The notes under the pieces are model-generated. The model saw only the letters and a program-made list of their open reading frames with translations. It had not been told where the DNA came from and made no database searches. The translations under genes and the position numbers were made by a program. DNA of 64,000 nt from Pristiophorus japonicus (taxonomy: Eukaryota). The stretch spans positions 21,514,001-21,578,000 of the forward strand of contig NC_091994.1 of the NCBI RefSeq assembly GCF_044704955.1. The letters are read 5' to 3'. Shown one piece after another: positions 47,526-61,174 of the stretch; the stretch's first letter is position 1; every line of letters starts with the position of its first letter.

Positions 47526-48099
47526 TGGAAAGGGTCAATCACGCTGGGCTTCTCTCCTGCCCCTCCTAGTGGCTGCCTCCAGAAGAGCACCAGTGGAGTC
47601 CCAGGAATGGGAGTGCTCTTGTAGGCCAAGAATGCTGACAGGGCCTCGAGACTTAACAGGTGGGATAAAGCAAAGTTTGGCTTAAAAAAAAAAACATGTT
47701 TTCTTTGGGAGGGAATCAATGTTCAGTATAATAATGTTCCCATTGGACAATCTTCAGAAAGGACCCCTTGTTATTATACATTCTTAAACTACAGCAAAAT
47801 GGATAAAAATAGAATGGATTTCCTCCATCATAATTTCAATATATTCATAATTTGTTATTACAGCTGTGATATTTAAATACTATTATCAGTATCATGTTTT
47901 AAAAAAAAGTAAGTTTAATCTCTTTTCCAGCAATAAAAATCCCAGTTTAAGCTGCTTTACTTAGCTGACCTGCATTTAGGACACAGAGAGGCACAGTTGT
48001 GCTACATCCAGCATGCCTGAATAACTGTAGGCACTAAAGAGTTCAGGTATATATTCTGCATTGACAGAGTTTGGTTGAGATTTGTTTTACGAGGTTATT

Positions 48100-49555
48100 T
48101 GTAAAGGGGATGACTGCACCTCACAGTCGAGCCAAACTGTTCCAATGCAGCTACAGCACTGGCATCTACTTGACAATGTGAACAGACCCTATCCGGCCAA
48201 TTACTGCCCCATCAGCTTACTCTCAATCATCAGCAAAAAGATGGACAGTGTCGTCGACAGTGCTATCAAGCGGCACTTGCTCACCAATAACCTGCTCACT
48301 GATGCTCGGTTTGGATACCGCCTGGACCCTTGTTCCAGATCTCATTACATCCTTGGTCCAAACATGGACAAATGAGCTGAATTCCAGGCCAGGCGAGAGT
48401 GACTGCCCTTGACATCAAGGCAGCATTTGACCGAGTGTGGCACCAAGGAGACCTAGTAAAACTGAAGTCAATGTGGATCAGGGAGGAAACTCTCCACTGG
48501 CTGGAGTCATACCTAGAACAACGGAAGATGATTGTGGGTTGTCAGAGGCTCATCATCATGGTTCCGGGACATCTTTCTGGGGTTCCTCAGGCCCCAACTA
48601 TCATCAGCTGCTTCACCAATGACCTTCCCTCCATAATAAGGTCATAAGTGGGGCTGTTTGCTGATGATTGCACAGTGTTCAAGTCCATTCACAACTCTTC
48701 AGATAATGAAGCAGTCCATGCCTGCATGCAGCAGAGCCTGGACACCATCCAGGCTTGGGTCGATAAGTGCCAAGTAACATGTGTGCCACACAAGTGCCCG
48801 GCAGTGACTATTTCCATCAAGAGAGTGTCTAACCACATCCCCTGATGATCAATGGCATTACCATCCTCGCATCCCTCACCAACATCCTGGGATCACCATT
48901 AACCAGAAGCTGAACTGGACTAGCCATGTAAATACCACAGCAGGTCAGAGGCTGCCTATGTTGTGGCGAGTGGCTCACTACTGGATGCACCATATCCTCT
49001 CCATCATCTACAAGGCACAAGTCAGGAGTGTGATGGAATACTCTCCACTTGCCTGGATGGATGCAGCTCCAACAACACTCAAGAAACTCGACACCATCCA
49101 GGACAAAGCAGGCCGCTTGATCGGCACCCCATCCATCACTGTAAACATCCACTCCCTGCACCACTGGGGCATCGTGGCTGCAGTGTGTACCATCTACAAG
49201 ATACACTGCAGCAACTCGCCAAGGCTTCTTCAACAGCCCCACTGAAACCCACACAACCGCCACCATCTAGAAGGACAAGGACAGCAGAAACATGGAACCA
49301 CCATTAGCTGCAAGTTCCCCACCAAGTCATACACCATCCTGATTTGGAAATATATGGTAATTCCGTCATCATCGCTGAGTCAAAATCCTGGAACTCCCTA
49401 TCTAAATGCACTGTGGGAGTACCTTCACCACATGGACGGCAGTGGTTCATGAAGGCAGTTCACCACCACCTTCTCCAGGGCATCTAGGGATGGGCAATAA
49501 CTGCTGGCCTTGCCAGTGATGCTCATATCCCGAGAAGGAATTAAAAAAAAAAATA
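48100..49555 (+). mobile_element. CR1/L2-group LINE, degenerate RT and 3' end
   Basis: NYCPISLLSIISK, ALDIKAAFDRVWHQG, GVPQ, LFADD, YKAQVRSVMEY; polyA end at ~49545. Confidence 0.85.
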
Positions 49556-51951
49556 CACTTGGGTACTTTTCTCATTAAAAAAATCTATTATTGAAATGTC
49601 AAAGTCCTGTTTGAGTCATTCACATTATATAAGCACAAAATTAAATTTGCTTTGATTTTTATAGAAAAATATCAAATCAGAGTTGCTAATGTAACTAAAG
49701 GCTCCTACAAACATGTTGGCTAATGTCAAAGAACACTAATTTAATATTCTGCACACTTAAGCTGCATGTATTATTTAATAAAGAATATCACTTGTAACTG
49801 AAAAACAATGGCATGATACAAATCCTTCTTCACCCCCTCCCACCTGAATCAGCCTGCGATAAATAGATTGAATATTTACACTGTTGACCATCTACACCGA
49901 AAAGAAGGCCTTGAAATTAGACAATTTTAGACTGTGTTTTGAGGCACCTAGTTGTGTTGCTGACTAGAGAAAAGATTGAAGGATGGGGGTGGGGTTTGGG
50001 TGGAGATTTCCTCTGTACAAAATCCTACATGTTTTAAAGAACAGATTTATAAGCGTGTTACACCTAGCACACAGAGGAAATAGTCACCCCTGGTGAGAAG
50101 GTAGATAGATTTGGCCGAGATCTTTCAAAAAGGGATGGATCTGTTGGGTTGAATGGTTCTCTGTGGTCCTAACAGCTCCCAGGTCCATATTTGCAAGCTG
50201 GCTCAGAGCACTCAACAAGCACAGAGGCACAGAAAACATGCACCTGAACCAACCTGTAATTTGCTCCATTTTGAGCTCAGCTAAACAGCTGCAACTGGAT
50301 CCCGACAAAGAAGACAACAAGCTAAACTCTGCTTCACCACTTGGGGATGGGTCACTTCCTTCATCCTGAGCAGCCGACGCTTCCTATTGCACATCAACAA
50401 ATCATGAACACACTGCAACAGATTTGCTTGGCCATGTCCAATATAAAAACAAGCAAATCTGCGACTGTGTCTCACAAACAGCCCACCTCATAGGTCATCA
50501 GCATCTACCAGACCTCCGTGCGGTTGTGATCCTTACAACACTGCTATTCATCTGAGGGTAAGCTGGTGGGATTATTGGCCATCATTTCCTGCCTGATCAT
50601 TCTTTCCCTATACCCTTCCTCACATGATAGCTGGCCATTTTTATGCACTCTAAATCCTATCCGTCACTCCAAGCCCGTTCCTCTCCTTCCCAGCCTTCTT
50701 AATAATCTGCTGCCACTTTCCCAATGGCTCAAAGATAAAGTCTTAAATCTTTGGGCTCTACAGAGCAGATGGTTGCTGGTTCGATCTCTTGTTTGCGCTA
50801 AGTTAGCAAACCTCAGCCAGGACAGTGATGGGGTCTTACTGGCTTCCTGCGGTTTGGCTGTGATATTCTCCAAAGCAAGAGATGTTCTTAGTTCACAAAT
50901 GAAGGATAGCTACTTGGGTGAGGTACCAGATTTCAAGCACAGTCTGAAGAACTATCTCCTTGTGAGAGAGTCAACAAAGTCAGGAGAGAAGAGAAAATAC
51001 ATTTAAAAAATTCTCCCACAAAATCCACCTCACATTTCTATCTCGTATCTAAAAATAAAAGAAATTTGCTACTTAATGTTGATCTATACCTCACTGATGT
51101 GATTTCATGAAGCAACACTTTTACCTATTGTATCTGTTTCATTATTTTAATATCAAAATGCAGCATTTTTAAAGCCATCTTTTTTGTTTGACTTCTAGAA
51201 ATCTCTATAAAGCAAATTTCCTGTTGCGCTAATTTTGTTCAGGCTATTGAATGGCTATTTAAATATCCTTTACAAAAAAAGGTTTTCAAAGTCAGATTTT
51301 GTTGCTGGGTTCAGTGGACTATGCTCTGGGATTTAAAGATTACTGAGACAGTTAAATTCCAATGGGATCACACGGAATTGTATCACAAATGCAAAATGTA
51401 GAGTTGGAACCAGAAACTGATTGAACTAGACTTTGATTGTAGTAAAAGATTTGTGTACGGACCAAGTATTTGGTCCAAACTAACATTCTGCTTTAACATG
51501 GGGAGCCCACTTTTTGCCCACCACAAGTCTTTACCTTTAGGCAGTAATTAGGACAGTAGCCATAGCACAGCACATAAGTGTGGCGAGTTCCACACAGAAA
51601 TGATCAAAGTCGTAGCCAATTGCCCAAATGCACCACCTGATGTTGTACCAAGTCCCAGAGACTGGGAAGGCCCAAGTTCAGTCCCTGGTTTGTGTTATGT
51701 TATTTCATCTCCAGTGGGATGGCAGACATGGTGCTACAATTGGTCCCAGACTTTGGGTTAGGTAGGAGAGAACAAAATCAGCCAAGTTTCTGCTCCTGGC
51801 TACTATCCAGTGATCCCTGCTGGAAAGCACGTGTGTAGTTGTTGGATGAAGACAAGATTGGGCATAGCTGTGATGCCCCTGTGATAGAACAGCCTCGCCT
51901 CATATACAAATAGCTATGCAGAGGGCTGCCAATGTCCACCATGGATCTAGG

Positions 51952-51954
<3 letters not shown>

Positions 51955-51998
<44 letters not shown>
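51955..51998. repeat. (GA)n microsatellite
   Basis: About 22 perfect GA units. Confidence 0.95.
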
Positions 51999-52004
<6 letters not shown>

Positions 52005-52560
52005 ATAGGATTTTTTTAATTGATAAAAACAGATAAATCTATTCCTAGTGCTTCATGTACTGGCTTCAACTATTCAATGATCTGCACCGTACACTCACAA
52101 AGTACAAAAGATTTTGATTGTTCTTCAAAGGATGCTTTTCTACCTGCATTCCACAGGTTGTAAGATGCAGGTGCTAGTCATCAATGTCTGGCCAGTGTGT
52201 GATATGTCCAAAGTGGCCATTTTTAGAATTTTTCAGTACGGTACATGCTACTGAAATAAATGTCTACTGTATTTTAATACATACTATTAATATTACTTCT
52301 GCAAATTGTGAGGACGATTGAGTTTTGGATTCACCAAATTCATTCACATTTCAATCAAAACCCCTAGATGTAGCCATTGGAATAGTGCTGGACCTCCCTG
52401 CCTCAATGCAAGAACTAGCAAACATTTTGAAGGTGTCATGAAATTGGATTGTAGGTCATGCCACCATGAATACAGCCCTTTCTTTATCCCAGCAAAAAGC
52501 ATCTGAGCGCTTAATTGTGGCAAACTAAACTGTAAAAGCAATATTTGTGATAAAATACGA

Positions 52561-53138
52561 TTAGACAAATTCTGGGTCCCGATGCTCAAGACCAATGTCT
52601 ATTTGCCCATGACGCATCCGTACCCATCGCAACTGACTGCGCCGCTCTCTCACATGCAGTGGCCTCCTGAAATGGACAGGCAGCCAGGTATTTCTGTCCA
52701 CATTATTTGACTGGTTTGTATTAAAATCTGCCAGATTTTTGTTGGAATTGGTTGCTTGGTCCAGTTCTTCGTCACCGGCATTCTCCTGCCTGTCTGTCTT
52801 CAGCTGTCGAGGTGAAGGCGTAGAACATTCGTCAGTCTTTTCAGACACCAATCCCTCAGTCTGGGACACGTCAGCGTTTGAACCCTGAGCCCAGCTTTTC
52901 TCAGTCTGTGGTGAGACTCTATTGCACTCTTCTTCTGCATTGTCGCTGTAGAATGCAGGCTCGTCAGCGCTAGCTACACTCTCCTGTTTGGGCAAACGTC
53001 CCTTTCGATTTCTCTGGACCCCTTCCTCGGACCCGGTCTGTCCAGTACCACATTCAGGTGCCCCGTCTTCCAGCTCAAAGTCAGAATCCAGTGAGCGCTC
53101 GCGAGATTCTGAAGACTTTTCTGATCCTAAAGAGTTTT
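52561..53138 (-). CDS. ARHGAP45: Rho GTPase-activating protein 45 (HMHA1), last coding exon
   Basis: Acceptor tcttgtttcag|AA (phase 1). Encodes ..DSDFELE..LADFNTNQSNNV..RDPEFV*, matching human HMHA1 LSGFNTNQSNNV...RQPEFV. Confidence 0.92.
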
Positions 53139-53298
53139 CTGAAACAAGATATATGTAGCTTTTTAACATGTCGTTGAAAGCGTGGGACAGCAAAATCCAC
53201 TGCCAATAATTTCTATGAATATTATTAAGGTAGTCATAACAATACTATAAATGCCATCAAATGATTAAACATTTTGCCCTATATCAGATAAGAACATA

Positions 53299-55444
53299 GA
53301 AACATAGAAAATAGGTGCAGGAGTAGGCCATTCGACCTTTCGGTTCTGCACCACCATTCAATAAGATCATAGCTGATCATTCACCTCAGTACCCCTTTCC
53401 TGCTTTCTCTCCAGACCCCTTGATCCCTTTAGCCATAAGGGCCATATCTAACTCCCTCTTGAATAAATCCAATGAACTGACATCAACAACTCTCTGCGGT
53501 AGGGAATTACACAGGTTAACAACTCTCTGAGCGAAGAAGTTTCTCCTCATCTCAGTCCTAAATGGCTTACCCCTTATCCTTAGACTATGTCCCCTGGTTC
53601 TGGACTTCCCCAACATTGGAAACATTCTTCCTGCATCTAACCTGTCCAGTCCAGTCATAATTTTATATGATTCTATGAGATCCCCTCTCATCCTTCTAAA
53701 CTCCAGTGAATACAGGCCCAGTCGATCCAGTCTCTCCTCATATGTCAGTCCTGCCATCCCGGGAATCAGTTTGGTGAACCTTCGCTGCACTCCCTCAATA
53801 GCAAGAACGTCCTTCCTCAGATTAGGAGACCAAAACTGAACACAATATTCCAGGTGAGGCCTCACTAAGGCCCTGTACAAATGCAGTAAGACCTCCCTGC
53901 TCCTATACTCAAATATCCTAGCTGTGAGGTCCAACATACCATTTGCCTTCTTCACCGCCTGCTGTACCTGCATGTCAACTTTCAATGACTGATGTAGCAT
54001 GACACCCAGGTCTCGTTGCACCTCCCCTTTTCCGAATCTGCCGCCATTCAGATAATATTCTGCCTTCGTGTTTTTGCCACCAAAGTGGATAACCTTACAT
54101 TTATCCACATTATACTGCATCTGCCATGCGTTTGCCCAGTCACCTAACCTGTCCAAGTCACCCTGCAGCCTCTTAGCGTCCTCCTCACAGCTCACACCGC
54201 CACCCAGCTTAGTTTCATCTGCAAACTTGGAGATATTACACTCAACTCCTTCATCTAAATCATTAATGTATATTGTAAATAGATGGGGTCCCAGAACTGA
54301 GCCCTGCAGCACCCCACTAGTCACTGCCTGCCATTCTGAAACGGACCCGTTTATCCCGACTTTCTGCTTCCTGTCTGCCGACCAGTTCTCTATCTACGTC
54401 AGTACATTACCCCCAATACCATGTGCTTTAATTTTGCACACCAATCTCTTGTGTGGGACCTTGTCAAAAGCCTTTTGAAAGTCCAAATACACTACATTCA
54501 CTGGTTCTCCCGTGTCCACTCTACCAGTTACATCCTCAAAAAATTCTAGAAGATTTGTCAAGCATGATTTCCCTTTCATAAATCCATGCTGACTTGGATC
54601 GATCCTGTCACTGCTTTCCAAATGCGCTGCTATTTCATCTTTAATAATTGATTCCAACATTTTCCTCACTACTGATGTCAGGCTAACCGGTCTATAATTA
54701 CCAGTTTTCTCTCTTCCTCCTTTCTTAAAAAGTGGTGTTACATGAGCTACCCTCCAGTCCATAGGAACTGATCCAGAGTCGATAGACTGTTGGAAAACAA
54801 TCACCAATGCATCCACTATTTCTAGGGCCACTTCCTTAAGTACTCTGGGATGCAGACTATCAGGCCCCGGGGATTTATTGGCCTTCAATCCCATCAATTT
54901 CTCTAACACAATTTCCCACCTAATAAGGATTTCCTTCAGTTCCTCCTTCTCACTAGACCTTCGGTCCCCTAGTATTTCCAGAAGGTTATTTGTGTCTTCC
55001 TTCATGAAGACAGAACCAAAGTATTTGTTTAACTGGTCCGCCATTTCTTTGTTCCCCATTATAAATTCACCTGAATCTGATTGCAAGGGATCTACGTTTG
55101 TCTTCACTAATCTTTTTCTCTGCACATATCTATAGAAGCTTTTGCAGTCAGTTTTTATGTTCCCAGCAAGCTTCCTTTCATACTCTGTTTTCCCCCTCCT
55201 AATTAAACCCTTTGTCCTCCTCTGCTGAATTATAAAATTCTCCCAGTCCTCAGGTTTGCTGCTTTTTCTGGCCAATTTATACGCCTCTTCCTTGGATTTA
55301 ACGCTATCCTTAATTTCCCTTGTTAGACACGGTTGAGCCACCTTCCCCGTTTTATTTTTACTCCAGACAGGGATGTACAATTGTTGAAGTTCATCCATGT
55401 GATCTTTAAATGTTTTCCATTGCCTATCCACCGGCAACCTTTTA
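53299..55444 (-). mobile_element. CR1 LINE, 5'-truncated, near-intact RT (two ORFs separated by one stop)
   Basis: ORFs 54394..55437 and 53386..54324. 13-bp TSD AGATAAGAACATA (53286-53298/55445-55457). Same subfamily as 23740-27034. Confidence 0.93.
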
Positions 55445-55960
55445 AGATAAGAACATAAGAACTAGGAGCAGGAGTAGGCCATTTGACCTCTCGAGCCTGC
55501 TCCGCCATTCAATAAGATCATGGCTGATCCGATCCTGGGCTCAGCTCCACTTCCCTGCCCACTCCCCATAACCCTTCACTACCTTATTGTTCAAAAATCT
55601 GTCTATTTCCACCTTAAATATATTCAATGACCCAGCCTCCACAGCTCTCCAGGGCAGCAAATTCCACATATTTACGACCCTCAGAGAATAAATTTCTCCT
55701 CATCTCAGTTCTAAATGGGCAACCCCTTATTCTTAAACTATGCCCCCTAGTTCTAGATTCCCCCACGAGGGGAAACATCCTTTCTGCATCTACCTTGTCG
55801 AGTCCCCTCAGTATTTTATATGTCCTCTTATTCTTCCAAGCCCAACCTGCTCAGCCTTTCTTCATAAGTCAACCCCTTCATCTGAGGAATCAACCTTGTG
55901 AACCTTCTCTGAACTGCTTCCAATGCAAGTATATCCCTCCTTAAATAAGGAGATCAAAAC
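55445..55960 (-). mobile_element. Older CR1 3' fragment whose tail was the insertion target of the adjacent CR1
   Basis: CR1 3' UTR with a (TTCTTATG)n tail. Confidence 0.8.
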
Positions 55961-56929
55961 AGACATGGCAATCTCTCCGGCTTCAAACACACCCGAGTAA
56001 CCTTCGCCATAAAGAAACGGATCCCAATATATGGCAACATTTCACTTTGAACAACGATTTACCACCTGATGTATGCTTGTGGTTGCACCTGTCAGTGAAT
56101 GTAATATAGATCTTGGGTCTCAGATAGTGATCATGAACCACGACAGCTGGAGCTACACTCTTGTGGTTCATCGTATCATATCAAAGAAAGAATGTGCATT
56201 TATATAACATCCTGTCACGTCTCTAAGAGTCCCAAAGCGCTTCACATCCAATTACTTTTGAAATGCAGTCACTGTATACACCGGCAAATGCAGCTGCCAA
56301 TTTGTGAGCAGCATGATCGCACGGCCAGCCAATGGAGCTGAATGGTCAATTAATGTGCTTTTTTTTTTGGTTGAACATCAGGAGAACTCCTTGCTGTTTT
56401 TCAAATCGTGCCGTGGGATCTTTTACATTGTCTCATAGATGAGGTCGCCTCTAACAACAGCAGCGGTTCAAGAAGGCGGATCACCACCACCTTCTCAACA
56501 GCAATTAGGGATGGGTAATAAATGCTGGTCTTGCCAGCATTGTCAACTCCCATGAATGAATAAAAAAGAAACTAACTCAGGGATCGAACTTTCTAGTCTG
56601 CATCCTGAGTTAGTTACTGGATAACCATTCAACCACTGGGAGCACCTATAGAAATCAGCTTCACAGTAACTTGAATTACACTTCGTTCACTAAGCGAGAC
56701 ACTGGCAGTAAAATTGGACATTTAAAAATCTTTCCTCCAAAGCCATGACATGCAATCCATGTGTACATGTTAACTGCCACATGTACAGAGTACTGTTTCG
56801 TAATCTGCTGTTTGCCTGGTAGTTAGTAGAAAATTCATGCAATAAAACATGCTACATTTTAGGTTCATTCACCTATGTGGATTTGGTGTAAGGAGTTAAC
56901 ACTAAGCCAGGCCAGCAAAGGTATAACAG

Positions 56930-57365
56930 AAAAAAAGAAAAGAAAGACTTGTATTTATGTAGCACTGGACGTCCCAAAGCACTTTACAGCCAATGAAGTA
57001 CTTTTGGAGTGTAGTCATTGTTGTAATGTGGGAAATGCAGCAGCCAATGTGCGCACAGCAAGCTCCCACAAACAGCAATATTGATAATGGCCAGTTAATG
57101 TTTTTTTAGTGATGTTGATTTGAGGGATAAATATTGGCCAGGACACCGGGGATAACTCTCCTGCTCTTCTTCGAAATAGTGCCATGGAATCTTTTACGCC
57201 CACCTGCGAGAGCAGACGGGGCCTCGGTTTAATGTCTCATCCGAAAGACGGCACGTCTGGCAGTGCAGCACTCCCGCAGTACTGCACGAGAGTGTCAGCC
57301 TAGATTTTTGTGCTCAAGTCTCTGGAGTGGGACTTGAACCCACAACCTTCTGACTCAGAGGCACG
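56930..57365 (-). mobile_element. DeuSINE (SacSINE1-like), near full length
   Basis: B-box GGTTCAAGTCC, Deu domain and tail; homologous to 44335-44775. Confidence 0.85.
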
Positions 57366-57648
57366 AGCTGCAGCTGACACTACTGAGCTCTCAATAGCCA
57401 ATCAGTACACAGAGATTAATACCTGGGGTCACCTTTCACTACTTTGTCTGACACTAAGAAAGATACTTCACTATTGTAGGCTGCAATTCCTGTTTACTAT
57501 CAGATCCGATTGGACACTTGGGTCAGAAATCCATCTTGTTGAACCTCCACCCATTGTGCACTCTACACAGTGCTCCAAAATAGAGAGCATCATTTTAATA
57601 ATTTATTCAATTAAATGAGATGAACACAGCAGTTTGTAGTTTACTTAC

Positions 57649-57751
57649 CACAGAGTGCATCAGAGTACAGCCTCTCTCTGTCAAACTCCACTGTTTCGTC
57701 GAGGTAAGGCAAATCACTCCCGGATCCCATTCTTGCTGCAGAAGACCCTCT
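57649..57751 (-). CDS. ARHGAP45: ARHGAP45 penultimate coding exon
   Basis: tgtgtttcag|AGA...TGT G|gtaagt, 103 nt, phase 0-1, which fits both flanking exons. Encodes RGSSAARMGSGSDLPYLDETVEFDRERLYSDALC (LPYLD is similar to human VPYLE). Confidence 0.8.
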
Positions 57752-58584
57752 CTGAAACACAGAATTCATGAAGTCTCAGTTAGAATATCTCCTGTAAGGT
57801 CTAATGCACTTAGCACAAACATATTAGCCTAGAAATTGGTGATATTAATGGATGAATGCTTAATGTGTTCGGATGATATTCTTTTGCCATATTTTAATAC
57901 AGGCGTCAGCCTGGTTATTATAAATGGGTTGCAACTTTACTGAAATAGAACCATTGAAATTTACAGCACAGAAGGAGGCCATTTGGCCTCTTGTGTCTCT
58001 ACAAGCAACTAGCTAGAACAACCCAAGACTAATCCCATGGCCCCACTCGCTCCCACTCTCTTGCATCTTCATCTGTTTCAACAACTTTCTCTTAAAAGAT
58101 ACAATAGTCTCTGCCCCAATCATTCCCTGTGACAAAGCACTCCATGCTTGAACAACTCTGTGTAATGCCATTTCTCCTAACCTCATTCCTCACCCCCTTA
58201 GGTGACAATTTTAAATTCATCACGCCCTGTCCTCACGGACGTCCCTACCAGAGAAAATAGTCTTTCCCTATTCTATCAAAACCCATCATAATTTAAAAAA
58301 ACCTCTATTAAATCTCTTAGCCTTCTCTGCTGCAGTGGAATTAGTCCCAGTATTTCAAGTGTCTCCTTGTGACTACAGTCTTTCACCCTGCCAACATTTT
58401 GGGAGTGAACACATTGAAGCACTTTCCCAGTAATATTGTAATTTCTAGACTATTGTTTTTACAACAAAGAGCAATACTGAAGTTTTATATGAAAGGTAAC
58501 AGTATCACATACATCTGACGTAGACAGTACATCACTCCTACAGGAGACATACATTCGGTCTATGCGACTTATATATTTAAAATA

Positions 58585-59290
58585 TTAATTGTTGGGATGT
58601 GGGCGTTGCTGGCAAGGCCGGCATTTATTGCCCATCCCTAGTTGCCCTTGAGAAGGTGATGGTGGGCCATCTTCTTGAACAGGGTGTCTGTGTGGTGAAG
58701 GTGCTCCCAAGTGCTGTAAGGTAGGGAGTTCCAGGATTTTGACCCAGTGACAATGAGGGAATGGCGATATATGTCCAAGTCAGGATGTTGTGTGGCTTTG
58801 AGGAAAACTTGGAAGTGATGGTGTTCCCATGCATCTGCTTTCGTCTTTTTTGATGCTGGAGGTTTGGGATTTGCTGCTAACAAAGTCTTGGCGCGTTGTT
58901 GTAGTGCATCCTGTACACAGTACACACTGCAGTCACAGTATGCTAACGGTGGAGGGAGTGAGTGTTTAAGCCAGTGGATGGGGTGATGATCAAGTGAATT
59001 GCTTTGTCCTGGATAGTGTTGAGGTTCTTGAGCGTTGATGGAACAGCACCCATCCAGGCACATGGAGATTATTCCATCACACTCCTGACTCGTGACTTGT
59101 GCCTTGTAGGCCGTAGAGAGGCTTTGGGGAGTCAGGGGTTGAGCCATGTTGCAGAATGATCAGCCTCTGACCTGCTCTAGAAGCAATGGCATTATGTGGC
59201 TGGTCCAGTTCAGTTTCTGGTCAATGGTGACACCCAGGATGTTGATGGTAGGGAACTCAGCGATGGTAATGCCGTTGAATGTCAAGGCAA
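58585..59290 (-). mobile_element. CR1/L2-group LINE 3' fragment
   Basis: Homologous to 9130-9725 and 48850-49555. Confidence 0.8.
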
Positions 59291-59437
59291 TATATGGCAG
59301 TTGTATTCATTCGACATGCGAGAGAAGTTAATCCCGTCGTCACCACCAGCAGTGTTGTTTGACTTGTTCTCACTTCTCATTTGTTTTACAGTGTCGTTGG
59401 ACAGGAGAATACTGGTCACATGCTAATTATATCTTGC

Positions 59438-59672
59438 CGGGAGGGCGCTGAGCACCTCGAGTCTCATCGCCGAGAGCATGCAGAAATCAAGCGCAGGCAG
59501 CGGAAAGAGCGTGCGGCAAACCAGTCCCACCCTCTCTTACCCTCAACGACTATCTGTCCCACCTGTGACAGGGACTGTGGTTCTTGTATTGGATTGTTCA
59601 GCCACCTAAGGACTCATTTTAAGAGTGGAAGCAAGTCTTCCTCGATTCCGAGGGACTGCCTATGATGATGAT
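59438..59672 (+). mobile_element. RTE LINE 3' fragment
   Basis: REGAEHLESHRREHAEIKRRQRKER..CPTCDRDCGSCIGLFSHLRTH and an (ATG)n tail. Confidence 0.85.
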
Positions 59673-60918
59673 GGGATCTTGCTAGATATGAGTGCATTAT
59701 AAAGCTATCTTTTACTCAGTACATAATGTAAAGAACAGATAGGAAATAATTTAAATAGGCAGCATCACTCAATTATAGAGTTTTCAGACTCATAGTTACT
59801 GGAGCATCTCTTATAAGTGCACTAGTCTGTGTTGGTAGCTGTATCACAATTCCATAGTCCAGTTTGATTCAGGAAATCCTTGAAGCAAAATTAGGGTCTG
59901 GATTGTGCTGTATGATATTAATGAACAAACACATAACATTTTCACATAAAATTCCTTTTCCTACTATTTTAAATGGAAGCCCTAACTCATTCAGAATAAA
60001 TTAATTGATTGTCAGTACAATAGCAAATAAAGGAATTTCATACAACTCTGCTAATATCACAGTGTAATTTCAAGCTCGGAGTGTCAACTCCAGGTGGTAA
60101 GAGCAGAGCGACTTCACTGTATAACCGCTGGCTCAAAACCACTTTAATTACTGGCTCCACACTTCCAACAATTCTTTGATTATACTGAATGGGGAGATAG
60201 AGAGAAACTATTTCTGCTGGTTGGGGAATATAGGACTGGGGGCCATAGCCTTAAAACTAGAGTCAGGCCTTTCAGGGTGAAGTTAGGAAACACTTCTACA
60301 TGCAAATGGTTGGTAGAAGTTTGGAGCTTTTTTCCACAAACAGCATTTGATGCTGGGTCAATTGTTGATTTTAAATCTGAGATTGATAGATTTCTGTAAA
60401 CAAAGGTGCATTAAGAGATATGGGGCTACGGCGGGTTGATGGAGTTAGCCATGATCTTATTGAATGGCAGAACAGGCTCGAGGGGCTAAATGATCTATTG
60501 CTGTTCCTATGTCCTGATGTTGTGCTGCTCTGCTAGTCTGAACACACAAGGCTTTATATAGTCCAGAATAGGACACTTCCAGTGTCCAGCCATAGAGATT
60601 ATATTGTACATCACACATTTAAAAGCCTTGCATCACATGAATCAATTACAGTCCCCAAAACAATTAAAACTCTTGCAACTTACTCAACCAGTCACAATGA
60701 GACAATTACATGATTAAACGGAACCCCAAAATGCAATTATAATTAATGGAAATTTCCTTAATTTGTGCAGTATGGTTAACTAATTTTTCGGGAAACTAGG
60801 TACCATTGCGGAACAGTTTATAACCGAAGAAAATAAATAGATTTGACCGAAGAATTCTGCATCTGCAATAAAGCACAGTTCATTATAGCACCTTTCATAT
60901 TTTGGAGACATTTCTTAC

Positions 60919-61174
60919 CTCACTGTAAATTTCAGTTGGCGATGTTTCATCGACAGTATCTTCATCTGAAGGCATACTAAACTCTGCTTTAGGTTCAAAT
61001 ATGTTTGTGTAGAAGACAATTAAAGTTTCCACAATGCGAGCCTGATGAGGGTAGTCAACAAGAGATGACAAGGACACGGTTGCCTCTGTTGGCCTGGGTC
61101 TCATCAGTGTCGGGCCGAAGACAATCCCAAGATTACTCGGAGACATCTTATTATGTTGTTCAAGTTCTGAAACT
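60919..61174 (-). CDS. ARHGAP45: ARHGAP45 exon encoding the C-terminal part of the RhoGAP domain
   Basis: tatgtttag|A GTT...AGT GAG|gtaag. NKMSPSNLGIVFGPTLMRPRPTEATVSLSSLVDYPHQARIVETLI is nearly identical to human HMHA1. Confidence 0.96.

Noticed and set aside
41335-51950. Similar eroded segments at ~41335-41560, ~43995-44290 and ~51660-51950 with B-box-like GGTTCGATCC
   Set aside because: Probably an ancient SINE family, but too degraded to define boundaries or name by eye.
46130-52560. Possible ~6-kb ARHGAP45 3' UTR ending at the AATAAA at 46130-46135 (minus)
   Set aside because: Several alternative hexamers exist in AT-rich sequence; the site cannot be assigned without transcript data.
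52561-53193. 210-aa stand-alone ORF
   Set aside because: The first ~18 codons are intronic; it is the terminal exon of ARHGAP45.
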